A stretch of DNA of 64,000 nt, taken from NCBI GenBank assembly GCA_013239625.1, contig MU055549.1, positions 1,054,001-1,118,000 on the forward strand, in the 5' to 3' direction. The stretch is from Lama guanicoe (lineage: Eukaryota). A model generated the notes under the pieces. That model worked only from the letters and a program-made list of their open reading frames with translations, was not told the origin of the DNA and did no database searches. The position numbers and the translations under genes are program-made. How positions within the stretch are numbered: position 1 is the first letter of the stretch; each line of letters begins with the position of its first letter. Shown one piece after another: positions 10,913 through 23,137 of the stretch.

Positions 10913-12109
10913 GCTTGTGTCAGGTGTCTCCACCGTCAAGTGACTCTTTGCCCCCATCCACACTGTGCTCTTCGGAAGGAAGTGGCTGCAGGGCCCGCAC
11001 TTTGTGGGGTGGGGCCCAAGGGCCGCCCCCCTTGGGGGGAGGTGTCTACATAAAATTACTTCTGCACAGAAGATTTTTGTGTTCTTCCCATTCATTTTGT
11101 TATTCAGTCGTTTGTTTAAACCTACGTGGCTCATGGATGTTTGTTTTATACTTTGCATTACGGTCCAGTCCTACTGTATGGTATTAGTTTGTTTTGTGCT
11201 CAGATGGCCCAGCTTTGGCCTTCAGGAGCTCTTCCGCGGGCCCCTGTGTCCTGTGGCGTGCTGCCCTCACTGTTCTGTTTTTGCCTCCTTCTGGGCACTT
11301 CCTTATTTCTGGGGCTAGAGGACGCTTCAGGGTCGTCGTGTGAACCACCCGCTCCCAACCTAGAGTCGGCCAGTTCTCCAAGGAGCCCATTGGTCCATTG
11401 GTCTTTCAGTTGGGGAAGGTGTTAGACACCAAGATCTGGGTGTGGGTGTGCTCGCCGCTGCTGGGGAGGATGGCCCTTTAAAGCACAGGCTGACCGCGCC
11501 ACTCCTGGCTTAAAGCTCCACTGCTCCTAGTCTCTTCCCTTAGCTGCATGTACTTCCGTGCACCTGCCCTGTTCCCAGCCAGCAGGGGGAGTGTGCACAC
11601 ACCACCGTGGGGAGACGGCCCGGCGCACAGCCGAGCCCTGGAAGAGAGTGTAGCAGCCCCTGGCATCCAGGAGCTGGCCTGGCCCTCGCTTCCGGCCCCG
11701 GCAGTCTCTTGTTGCACATGAGCGATTTCACAGAGGCCAAGCCCCTCTGACCGTGATGGGCCAGGACAAACACAAGACCCTCCATCATCCCGCCTGAGCA
11801 CGGACAGACACCACCACTGTCCAGGCCCAAGTGACCAGACCCCCGTCCTGCCCGCTGGGCTTGCAGTCGCAGCTCTAGACTCTTCACCCTTCCAGCCTCC
11901 CTGGCGGCAGGGGTTGGGGGAAGGTGCCCATCGTACAGTTGCCCCAGCCTCCTGACTGCGTGGGGTCCTGCGGCCTGAGCCTTTGTGATGCCATGACAGG
12001 CGCCCAAACCCAGACTCCCTGAGACCTCCTGTTCTCCCTCGTTGCGACGAGTGTACACAGTGTGCTCAGCCTCATGCTGTTTCCGGTGGTCTTGGCTCGG
12101 GACATTGAC

Positions 12110-12600
12110 ACCTAGAGCCCAGGGTTGCATTCCTAGGTGTAGCCCCCACCAAACGTGCACTCAGAGACACCGCCGGGAGTCCACACGGCACTGTGTGTAA
12201 CTGCCAGCAGCTGGAACCAGACCAAGCGTCCACAGCATCCCCGGGACAAGCGAATTCGCGCGTCTTCCTGGAGGGCATTGCTCTGTGTGGCGGGTGAACA
12301 CCCTGTGGCTTCACCCAGCCCGGTGCGCCTCCTAGCACACGGCGGAGGGAGCGAGAGGTCCAGGTACTGATTCTGTATGAGGAGCACAAAGTGCTGATCT
12401 GTGCCACCAGGTGTCAAGCCTGTGTCACCTGGGCTGGGGCGCGAGGCCTCGAGGGCCTTGGGAACGCTGTCTCCTGACTCTGCCGACTACCTGGTGTGTC
12501 CACTCTGTAAAAGTTACTCAAGCCAGACACTCGTTCTATGTGCACTTTTTCTGCATGTGTGCTCTACTCTAATCAAAAGTTTACAAGCATATTAAAAAGC
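12110..12600 (+). mobile_element. Highly diverged L1ME-like ORF2-end/3'UTR
   Basis: ccagggttgcattcctaggtgtagccc...cactgtgtgtaactgccagcagctggaaccagaccaagcgtcca...tgcacttttctgcatgtgtgctctactctaatcaaaagttt. Confidence 0.55.
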
Positions 12601-13499
12601 CCCACCAGTGCCCAGCCCCCCACCCCCACCTGGAAGTTATGCTTCAGGGGACGCGGGTGCCGCAGGGCCTGTGCTCTGAAGGGAGAACCGTGCAGCCCTG
12701 GATCTGGGAACCCGGGTTCCTGGGCTGCAGGCTCTTTGTTGGCCCCAGACTGCGTGTAACTGCACATCCAAGCCATTTCTCCTGTCTCCTGTGCCCCACT
12801 GTGTCTCCCCAGTGTGTCTGCCATGTGTCCCCCATGCCCATTTCCTCCTCAGGCCTGGAATCTTGACCTCCAGGAAGTCTCCCCAGGCCAGGCGCCTGCC
12901 CCATGGCCCTCCCTGCCCCGTGTCCCAGCCTGCCCCAGGCCCCTCCACCAGACTAGGGCCAGGACTGTTTCCGTCCAGGCCTCAGGCCCTGGAGGAGGCC
13001 TCTGGTGGTGGGGGGGGGGGTGCGGGCAGGGGCCTGGGGACCAGCTGTCCAAGGTCCCGGCTCTGGACGGGAGGACCGCAGCCTGCGGGTCCAGGCTCCT
13101 GGGCTCCAGGGCTGAGCCTGAGCTGTGCATGGTGCGAAATTCACGTTTCGTACCTGTGGACTCGTCACATCGCGGGCTCCCGAGGGTGGACAGGAGTGGA
13201 CTATGCGTGTTTCAGTCGCCAGGTGGAGCGTGGCGCCAGGTGTTCAGAGAATAAGCAGCCTGCTTGTGCTCCCTGTGCTGAGGAAGCTCTACCTGACTCT
13301 GCGTCCCTGTTGCTTTCTCCCCGTTTTCAGCAGAACTCCTTGAGAGCACCTTGTCCTCGCTGTCCCCAGTCCTGCCCTCCAGCCTCACCAGAGCTCGGCC
13401 CCAGAGGTCTTGTGCAGGTCTCTCCACGTGGCCAAGCTGAGTTCTTACCTGCTCGGCCCGGACCCTCGGCAGAACGTGTCTCTGGACCCCTCCAGTTTC

Positions 13500-13810
13500 C
13501 CTCTCGCGGGGCTTCCAGGATGCGCACTTCTCTGTCCCTCTGCGGACCCTCCTGCTCTCCCCTTGCTGTGACGCTGGAGCACCGGGGGCTCCTGCCCTCT
13601 CCTATCCTTTCTGCTTCAGTCACGCAGACAGTCGTAGGGTTTCAGACGCCATCTGCGTGCCGAAGACTCCCAAGTTGATATCTCCAGCCCTGACCTGCCT
13701 CCCCCATCCCAGACTTTTCTGTACAGTCTCTGACTCCAGTGTCTCTCAGACGTGTCACATTTAGGACATTCAAAATCAAGTTCCAGCCCCTCCACCTGCA
13801 TCCTGCAGTT
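13500..13810 (+). mobile_element. L2 reverse-transcriptase region relic
   Basis: catctgcgtgccgaagactcccaa (13650-13673, HLRAEDSQ, a decayed HLYADDSQ) followed by atatctccagccctgacct. Confidence 0.75.
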
Positions 13811-13876
13811 GGCTGCCTCATGACCTCACCCTTCCAGCTGCCTTTTGACTCCTCTATGGCACCCTCTTCTACTTTT

Positions 13877-14004
13877 TGTCCCCTCCCCTCCACATGCCCT
13901 GGCCTCTCCATGTCCCCTCCCCTCCACGGCCCCTGAGCTCCCGTGTCCCCTCCCCTCCACGGGCCCTGAGCTCCCGTGTCCCCTCCCCTCCATGGGCTCT
14001 GAGC
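13877..14004 (+). repeat. 33-34-bp minisatellite, ~4 copies
   Basis: tgtcccctcccctcca starts at 13877, 13911, 13944 and 13977. Confidence 0.92.
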
Positions 14005-16459
14005 AGCGCATCCTCAAGGGGCTTCCTCATATTCTCTGCCAGGAGGCTAGAGTGATGCTTTCTACCTAAGTGTCTGGCTGTGCCCACCTCCCAGCACCTG
14101 GGTGGCCCTCCACAAGGCGTGCACGGTCTCCTCCCTCGGCCCTGAGCTGCCCAGCTCCGCCACTGGCATCTGTCTGTGTGACCGTGGGCCCTGCTCACTG
14201 CAGCAGCATCCTCTCCCAGGTTCAGGAGGGCAAGGCCTCACTCCCTCTCTGGCTCCTTCCATCTTGGGGCACCAGGGGCTCATCCACGACCCACTGGCCC
14301 ACATGAAGTGTGGCCCCAGGGTGGAGCCAGACTGGAGGCCTCAGTGTTCAAGCGGCACTCTGGCCTGGAGGCCCAGGAGCATCTGCCCACAGTCCCTGCC
14401 TGGGGCATTACACGGCCCGCCCCCCAGAGGCCAGCAGGGCCACCCCCGGGCCTGGGCAGCAGGGTGGTACAGTGATGCGGCCTGAGCACCGACCACCGCG
14501 TCTCCCTCAAGCCTTTGTGCTGCCTTTTCCTGGGAGGCCTGCTTTAAAACTGGGCCTGCAGGCCCGCCAGCCCCCACCTGCTTTGCCTCTCCGGGCACTT
14601 ACCCCGTGACTGCGTTCTGTGCCACTTGTGATATCTGTCACGTCTCAGCCCCTGGCCCCAGACGGAATATCCCACGGGGCAGGGTTTTATCTCCTAGGTC
14701 CCTCTCGTGGCCCAAGTGACTCGGCCCCACCTGGACAGGGCAGGGCCCGGAGAACAGGGGTGAGGGGACATGGAGGGCTGTGGGCGAGGACCTTCTGAAG
14801 GGCCTGTGCAGGGAGCGGAGGAACATGCCTCAGGGAGAGGCTCCGAGGGCCCTGACTCCCGGACAGCGAGGCTGTCCAGCCGAATCAAGGCCTCGGGGCT
14901 CACCATTCCTTCAGCAGTGCTTTCTGTGTCGGTGGGAAGGGCCCTGGCTGGCGCTGGGAGACCACGCAGAAGGCAACCCCACCTCCCTGGGCAGCAGAAG
15001 CCCCTGGCCCTTTGGACAGTCTGGCCAAGGTTTCTCGGCCAGAAAGATGCTGTCGGGACCAAAGAGGCTCAGAGAAGCATTGGCCTCCTGTGGCTGTCAG
15101 CATTCGGCCTGGGACCCAGGTCCCCCAGGGCCCCTGCACCGGGAGCCACAGCCTATCCTGTCTCGGCTGGTGTCACCAACTCCAGGGCCTGGCTGAGTGC
15201 TCTCAGGGCACCCGGGCTCACCTAGGGGTCTGGGGCTGACCTGCATGTGCAGGTGACACAGGCGTGTGTGTGTGTGTCTGGGGTGCACCCGCCGTGGCTG
15301 GGCTTCCATGTGCTGCTCCCCAAGGAGGTGCGGGGAGCCCCGGGCAGGGTGGGGCTGCCCCTTGGGCTGCTGCCCCTGCCTGTTCTCACTCCTGCATCTT
15401 GAAGCAGCAGCTGGAGCCGCTGAGGCCCCGCAGCGGTTCTGTCTCTGCAGTCCTCCGTGGGCCCCTGCAGGGGAAGCCTTGGATCTTGAGAGAGGCCCAG
15501 GATATGGCTGGGGAGGCAAGGCCAGCGGTCGACCCCGTGCATGGGCTCTGCCCCCTGCGCCCTTCTCTGCTGGGGTGGGAGGGCCGTGGAGTCCCGAGTG
15601 CCTCCTGCTGCCGGCGTTCAGCTCACTGGGGCGGGGGGTTAGGAATGGCCGCCTTGTGCACACAGGCGGGCCTGGGGCCTGTGCCGGCTGCACCCACCAG
15701 CTGTGCAGGCCGGAGTCTCCGTGCCGAGCTGCAGGTGAGGTCAGAACCCCCAGGGTGGGTCAGGAACTATGCCGCAGGCGGGGGGTGAGGTTGTTCAGCA
15801 CAGCTTGACTTGGGGCTTATTACTCCTGCGGGTGGGGACTTGTCCGCCCAGCCTCTCCCAGAGGTGACACAGGTCCTCGGGCCCCATGGGTGCAGCCGAG
15901 GAGGGAGAGCATCGTGGGCTGAGAAAGCAGAGGGGACAGTGGTCACCTGGAGCCAGGCGGGGTGGTCCTCGCCTCGGACCTAGTGGATGTGTCCGGTGGA
16001 ATCTCCAGAAACCTTTATAGAAGGAACTCAAATTTCTTTTAATTAAAAAGAAAAAAAAGCGACACTCCAGAGACCACAGGGTTGCTCCTGTGCTGCCTGT
16101 GTTAATTGAAAGGTGCAGACGGCTTGTTAATTACACTTCCATCAGCAGTGCCCTCTCTTCTAAGCACATCTCTTTTCATCTTGCCAACGCACCAGCGATG
16201 CGCTCCCGCAGAGGAGTAGGTCCTTCTCAGAAGAGGGTGGTGGGGGGAGCAGGTCTGTGACTGGTGGTACCTCTGCCCCTGGGCCTTCTGGGTGTTGGGG
16301 GTCCTGGGGGGGCGGCCCAGGGTGGGTGATCCTGGGTATGCTGGTCCTGGGTGGGTGGCTCTGGGTGAGAACCCTGGTGTGGGATCCAGGCCGATACACT
16401 GACACCTTCTCCAGGGGGTCTCCTGTGCTGAAATGTGGTCTCTCTCCAGCGCCAGGAAA

Positions 16460-16570
16460 GCCACGAGGGCGGGGCCGTGCTGTGCCCACTCTGGACTCCA
16501 CTCTGTGCTCACTCTGGGCCGTGCACGTAAGCGGCTCTCAGTAAAGGCTTGTTGAGTGTGACTAAATTGG
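16460..16570 (+). mobile_element. L2 3' end relic
   Basis: gagggcggggccgtgctg...gcacgtaagcggctctcagtaaaggcttgttgagtgtgactaaat. Confidence 0.55.
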
Positions 16571-16769
16571 ACAGGAGGGAAAATGGAGGAGTTGATGCAG
16601 ACGTGCTGAGACCAGCCCCAGCTGGGGGCTTTGTGACCGACCAGTGTCACACTTGCTGGTCCCCTTTAGGGGCTGTTCTGGAGTGTGCAGGGCACAGACG
16701 TGGCTCAGCCCTGCTCTTTCTGCTGGGTTCCAGGGGTGCTCGTGGGGTCTGGGATGTAGGCACCTCTGG

Positions 16770-17872
16770 CCGCAGGGCGGCCAGCTGGTTTTCCAGAGGC
16801 TCTGCAGGCTCCGTCCAGCAGGCGTGGCCATGTCTGGTGGCTGTGGAGGACTCTGCCATTCTCCAGAATGTTTGCCTCCTGTGTTAGCAGACAACGGGCA
16901 TCTCCAAAAGTGATGAACAAAATAAACAAAGGGGAGCCTTGGTGTCGGGAGCACCTGCGTTTCCCTGGTGATGAGGCCTTGGACGACTTCCGGTTGCTGA
17001 CTGGCCATTTGCACAGTTACCGTGTGAAGTGACAGCTCACATCTCTCACCCGTTGTGCAGTGTGTGGCATTCATACTGAGCTGCAGGAGAGCTCTAAACC
17101 CCTGGACCCCAGTCCTTGGGTGGGTGTGTGCTGTGAATGCTTTCCCCCAGGCTCTGGTTTTCCCCTTCATTCTCTCAGTGCCCTGTTCTGATTAGTGATT
17201 TCTGGGTCTTGTCTAGAAATTTCCATCCACTCTCAAGTCAAGTTGAAGTCTAGGATAAACTTCAGATTAATTTCTGTGCAGAGTGTGGGGTGGCATCTAC
17301 TTCAGCACCATTCTCTGGGAAGACCGCCCTGTCTCTGTTGTGTTACTTTGGCATCTTTGTCAGGAGTCAGTTGATCTGTATGTGTAAGTTTGTTTCGGGG
17401 ATCTCTTTCTGTCTTTCCTTATACCGATGACACCCCATCTTTATTCTTGTAGCTTTTATAGTAAATCTTGAAGTGAGGTAGTGAACATCATCCAACCTTG
17501 CTCATTTTCCAAATTTGCTTTGTCAATTTTAGGTCCTTTGTGTTCCCTTACAAATTTTGAATCAGCCTGCTAATGTCTACAAAAACGTAGTCTAAGATTT
17601 TGGTTGGGGTTATATTAAATCCATAAATCAATTTTAGGGAGGATGGACATCTTAATGATATTGAGTCTTCCAATCCATGAACATGGTATATCTCTCCACT
17701 TACTTAAGTCTGCTTTAGTTTCTCTCCGAAATGGATTGCAGGTCTTGTACATTTTTTATTAAATTTGCTCCCCCAGTATTTTATGTTTATTTGGTGCTGT
17801 GGTAAGTGGCATTACTTTTACAGTTTTGTTCTTAGATTTTCTTACTGCTGGTACATAGAAATACAGTCAAAT
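16770..17872 (-). mobile_element. Old L1 ORF2 fragment (copy 1)
   Basis: T-rich antisense L1: ttgtagctttatagtaaatcttgaag...gacatcttaatgatattgagtcttccaatccatgaacatggtatatctctcca...tggtacatagaaataca. Confidence 0.85.
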
Positions 17873-20335
17873 TTTTCAAATTAGTTTTATTGAAGCATAA
17901 TTTACATAAAATAAAGTTAATCAATTCTAAAGATGTGTTTCAATGAGATTTGACAAATGTATACAGTCAGATCACCACCACTGCACTCAAGTGTGGAATA
18001 TCTCTGTCACCCCAGGACCTTTCCTGTACCCCTTTCTGGCCAATCTGGTCATGTACTGGAGCTGCCGCTTGGGAGGAGGGGCAGTGCCCCCCGTCTCATC
18101 ATTCCTTTCAGTTCTTAATGGTGATTCTGGAAAAGGAGAAGTTTTTAATTTTGGTGACTCAGTCCTTCCTTTATGGCTTGTTCTTTTCGTGTACTTTCTA
18201 GAAAATCTGCCTAACTCTTGGTCACAAAGGTTTTTTTCCTTTATTTTCTTCTAGAATTTTTATAGCTTCGGCTGTTAATTTTTGTTTATGTTCCATTTCA
18301 CGTTGACTTTTGTATTGACAAATAGAAAGGGCCAAGGTTCTCTCCCCATCCCTCCTCCTCCTCCCTCTCCCTCCTCCTTCTGCAACATGCTGTCTGTCTG
18401 ATCCGGCACCACTTGTTGAAATGACCGTCTGTCCCCCACTGAAGTCCTTTAGCATCTTTCCTGAAAGTCCGTTGAACTTATGATCATGGGTCTATTTCTG
18501 AACTCTCTTCTGTCCCATTGGCCTGTCTGTCTGACTTTACACCAAAACCACACTGTATTGATTGTCCTGGTTTTATAGCCGGTCTTGGAAGCAAACGTGT
18601 TTGCCCTCCAACTTTGTTCTTCATTTTCAGAATTGTTTTGACTCTTCTAGATTCTTTGCCTTCCTGTATATATTTTAAAACCAGTTTGTCAGTTCCTAGA
18701 ATGAGCTGGCTGAGACACTGATTGGGGTCACACGAGACTACTGATCAATTCAAAAAGAACGGATCTCTTTACCTTCTGAGTTTTCCAGTCCAGGAGCGTG
18801 GCGTGTCATGCCGTTTGTTCTGGTCTTCTTTAATTTCTGTCAGCACGGCTTCATGATTTTCAGTGTGCAGGGGCTGCACACACTTCATTTATCCCTACGT
18901 GTTTATGGGTCTAAAAAATAAGTTGCTGTGTACTGACTGCATCCTGAAACCATGCTGATCACCCTATTCTGGTCTCTGATTGTAGACCTCCTAGGGTTTT
19001 CTACGCCACTGTTGTGTCATTTGTGGGCAAAGACAGGTTTACTTCTTCCTTTTTACAACTTCATGCTTTTTTATGCTGTCTAGGACCTCCAGCCCAATGT
19101 TGAATAGAGGCCGTGGGGGCAGACAGCCTTGCCTTTTTCCTGCTGTTAGGGGGAAAGCGTTCAATATTCCACCATTAAGTGTAATGTCAGCTGAGCTTTC
19201 TCAAAGATTGCCTTCTCAGATTGAGGACGTCTCCTCTTCCTCCTGTGCAGAGTTTTTTTTTGTTTTTGAGTCATTAATGGTTGTTGAATTTCGTCAGATG
19301 CTTTTTCCGTACCTGGGGAGATGACCGCCCTCATTTAGCCAGCGTGGTAAGTCGCTCTGACTGACTTCTGGGCGGTCCACCAGTCTTGCATCCTTCGGTT
19401 CATCTTTAGATACTGCTGGACTCAGCGTGCTAATACTTCATGATTCCTGCATTGATGCTCGTTAGGGATATTGGTCTAGGTTTTCTTTTCTTGTAGTGGC
19501 CTTGTCTGGTTTTGGTGTCAGGTGTAGGCCAGCCCCATGAAACGGGCTGGCAGTGTTCCCTCTCCTCCGTTTTCTGAAGAAGTTTATGTGGGTTGGTGCT
19601 GTTTCTCCATTACACAGCTGCTGGCTTTCACCAGCGATGCCGTCTAAGCCTGGAGTTTTCTCTGTGGGGAGATTTTAGTGACAAACTCGATTTTGTTGAT
19701 AGATACGGGGTGTTTAGATTTTCCGTGTCTTCTCGTGTTAGTGTTGGTGACCCGTCCTTGAAGGATGGAGCTTGTCCATTTCGTCCAGGTTGCTGTGTTT
19801 GTTGGCGCAAGGAGGTTACTTTTCTTTTAATGTCTGTAGTGATGCCTCGCTTCACTCCTGCCAGTGTTGTGTTTTCTCTCTCTCCTTTTTTTTCCTGTCT
19901 GTCAGTAACAGAGAGGGATGGTGAAATCTCCAGCCCTGTTGGTTAGTCCGTTTCTTCCTTTTGTCCGGTTGGCTTTGCCTCGTGTATTTGGCTGCATGTA
20001 CGCTCGGTGCTGCTGTGTCCGGGACAATCTGAACCTTTTATCCTTAGGAAACGCCTGGTAATGTTCCTTGGCCTCAGGCCTGCTTTGATAGTAACGTGGC
20101 TGCCCCACTTTCTTTGGTTGGTCTCCACCCTTCACCTCTCGCCGGTACCTTCCGTGGGATGTGGTTCCTTTATAAATAGCACACGGCTGATGCTTGCTTT
20201 TTAAACTCCAGTCTGAAAATGACTGCTTTGTAATTGGAATGTTAATCCATTTGCTTTAATGTAACTGTATGTTGAAGTCTACAGTCGGGCTGTTTTTCTG
20301 TTTTTCCATTTGTTATCCCACCTATTAACTGTTTA
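17873..20335 (-). mobile_element. Old L1 (copy 2): 3' end plus ORF2 fragments
   Basis: Begins with an L1M 3' end (ttttattgaagcataatttacataaaataaag...ttgacaaatgtatacagtc), re-covers the same ORF2 interval as copy 1, then continues (taggggaaagcgttcaatattccaccattaagtgtaatg...). Confidence 0.85.
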
Positions 20336-22959
20336 TCATCAGTGTCCCCAAGTTAGAACATCAGCCCCTTGGCGGGGGGAGCTGTTCACTGAGCACCCAG
20401 CCCTTAAATCTGGGGATCTACACTGAGTTTCCCTTGGGCCTTTGGGGTGGGGGGTCCCAGGGCTGCAGCCCCTGAGTGGTTTATCTGGATGGAAAGGCCT
20501 GCAGGTCTGCATGGGTGGCTGCGCTGCTCGGCACCTGCACCGTCCTGTGTGCCCCACCTCCAGCCACCACCTCCTGGGCTCGAGGCTGACATCTGAGCCT
20601 CCCCTTTCAGCCCGGCACCCCCGGCTAGACCCTCCTGGCAACAGGTGGTCTGGGTCTGGGTGGTCTCGGGCCTGGTTGGTGAAGTCGCCCCTTTAATGCC
20701 ATACCCCTGGGCCCATGAGATGCTGTGCTTCGTTTGGCCAGTGGGGCTGGAGGCTGCAGATGCCCGAAAAGTCCTCAACGGCAAGTCCCAGATTTAGAGA
20801 ATCTGTGACAAAGAGGAGTGTGTTCTGAGCCAGACAGGTACTGGTCGGCGCTGTGGGCTCCCTCATCACGGCTGACGGTTGCGGGGTGCTGCACCCTCTG
20901 CTCCTTTGGGCGCCTGGCCACTGGCTGTGGTGGGGGCTGGGCAGGGCCTGCTGGGCGCCAGTCTGGGAGAAGTGGGCGCCATCTGGGGCCCTGGGGAGGA
21001 GAGGTGGGAGGCGACAGCTGGTTGCTTCCACACTGTCACCGCCACCGCGGAGCCAGACCGTGTGCTGTCACCGCACACGCCCCTCGCTGTCGCGCGGGGT
21101 CATCTCCATGACAGCCTCCGTCTGCACCCTCCTCTCCTCCAGCTGCCTCGGCTCTGCAGCAGACGCCACGATGCAGAAAGCCAGCCGGACCCTCCCAGCT
21201 TTTCCAGCTGGAGGGAAGAACGGTGCCCCATTCATTCCAGGGAGCAAACTGCTCCTCACCTGCTTCCTCTGTGCGCGGGGGGTAGGGGTGGCCCCTTCCT
21301 GAGGCCAGACCCTCCCCCAGCATGGGCCAGGAGCTCCCATCACCATGTGTGCCCTCCCTTCCGGATGTCTCTGGCCCATTTCAGCCCCAGGGGAGGGGTG
21401 TCCAGGCTGCTGGGTGGCACAGCTGGGAAAGGCTGCCTGGGACGCTGCTCAGCCTTCGATCCTCAAAACCTCTGTGCCTCAGTGACATTTCTTATTTTCT
21501 AGTAGCCCCTTTGCGCCAGTCTGCTCTGCCCATGTCCTACAGGCCCCTCTGAGTGCCTCCAGCCTTCGCGCGTCTCTGCACTCATCCCTGAGCCGTGCGG
21601 CGCGGGGTGGGGAGGGCCTTCCCAGGGCTGCTTCGCAGGGTCTGCAGATGCTGACATGGGTGGGCGTCACCCTGGGTCCACGGCCTTGGCTGACTCCCGG
21701 GTGCCCAGTCCGGCCCTGCCCCCCACCGCAGGGTGCCCACCCGCTCTGCCCAGGCCTCACCATTCGCTCCCCTGGACGCCACGCCTGGTCTGCCGCCTGT
21801 GTCTGTGCTGGTGGTGGCCCTTTGTGGGGGAGCGAAGGGCGTGGGCTCCCTTGACCCTGCGAGCTCGGGGCAGGGCCGGCCTCCGAGGGGCGGGCTCGGG
21901 GCTGGATACGGTCCCGCTGGCTTGTCTCCCTTCCCTCTGGTGACAAAACAGGAGCAGCAGAGTCACCTCCATGGCTGAGTTCCAGCGAGGAGAGGCAGTT
22001 GGTGTCAGGACATGTAACCGATGGCCCCTTGTCTCGTCACAGGGCAGCTGAGCGATCAGAATGCCCTTTGCTGCCTCTTCCTAACAGTCATCGGCTTTAC
22101 TTTTTTTCCCTCAGGTGGGGGCTTCAGTGCACATTACCACCCCCACTCCCAGCCTGCGGCCATCAGTTAAATAAGCGGCAAAGGCTCTTGGGCACAGGGG
22201 CAGGCTGGGCACTGCCGCCCGTGCTGCCCCTCGTCGCGCGGCTGTCTCGGGGCGTTGCTCCCCACGTGAGGGCGGCAGCACCCGACACCTGGGGAAGGTG
22301 ACACGGGAGCCTTTGCGGTCCCAGCTGGCGCGTTGGCTGTCCCGGGGACACGTGGCCTGGGGAGGGGGTGGCGTGAATCTGCTTTTTTTTGGGAGCAGTG
22401 GTGGGTGGTTCTGCGAGGCCCTCACGGCTGCTGCGGCCACAGGCCCCGCTAAGCTGGGCTCCACGTGTCTCTCTGAGCACAGCGTGGCTGCAGGTGCAGC
22501 CCAGCACCCCTCCCCCGCCGGCCCAGTGCGTGCGGCTGCGCGTGTGTGGCCAGGGCTCCGCCTTGGCCGGGTCGGCAGGATGCGGTCAGACGGTGGCCTG
22601 GCCGCGGCTCCGGCCTCACGGGGATGTCTGGCCCCCTCCCTCCCTGCTCGGGCTGAGATGGCCGCCCAGCTTCTCCCGCTGAGGACTGAGGCTTGCGTGG
22701 TCCCTGAGCCAACCCTAAGGGCCCGAGCACCGGGAGAAGGGGCTTCCCTGGACGGTGGCCGTGAAAGCCACCTGACCAGCTGCTGCAGGGCGAGAACCTC
22801 CCATCTGCTCATTTTGCCCCAGAAGCCCTCTTCTTGGGGTAAGATTTTAATTTCTTTAGACAGTGTTTCCAGTGCTTTCCAGGTCAGGTTCCAGGAGGAT
22901 ATCCTTGGGGCTGTGTGAGAATATTTTGTTCTTTTATTTAAAAAAAGCCATTCATGTAA

Positions 22960-23137
22960 GGGCAAGGTATAGCTCAGAGGCAGAGCGTGCTCAGCATGCT
23001 CGAGGTCCTGGGTTCAATTGCAGTACCTCCATTAAATAAACAAATAAATAAATAAATAAACCTAATTACCACATACACCCCCCAAAAAACCCCACAAACA
23101 AAAAAAAAGTAAGGAAAAAAATTTTTTTTAACTTTTT
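22960..23137 (+). mobile_element. tRNA-derived camelid SINE (vic-1 type) with target-site duplication
   Basis: A box TAGCTCAGAGG (22970-22980), B box GGTTCAATT (23011-23019), (AAAT)n, cctaattacc, A-rich tail; flanks aaaaaaagccattcat (22940-22955) and aaaaaaagtcactcac (23138-23153). Confidence 0.88.

Larger units (their letters stand above)
9860..11470 (-). mobile_element. L1MC1/2-like 3' region, interrupted by an MLT2 LTR
   Basis: ctgtgacggtttctcagtctttccttgttctgatgaccttg...tctacataaattacttctgcacag...ttctccaaggagccc...accaagatctgggtg. Confidence 0.8.

Noticed and set aside
12791-13678. 295-aa plus-strand ORF
   Set aside because: Non-ATG start, runs into an L2 relic, no recognisable protein.
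22111-22965. 284-aa minus-strand ORF
   Set aside because: Starts at the SINE edge with a non-ATG codon; GC-noise composition.
22965-23030. tRNA gene
   Set aside because: Has A/B boxes but no intact cloverleaf, and carries an AT-rich tail and TSD, so it is a SINE.
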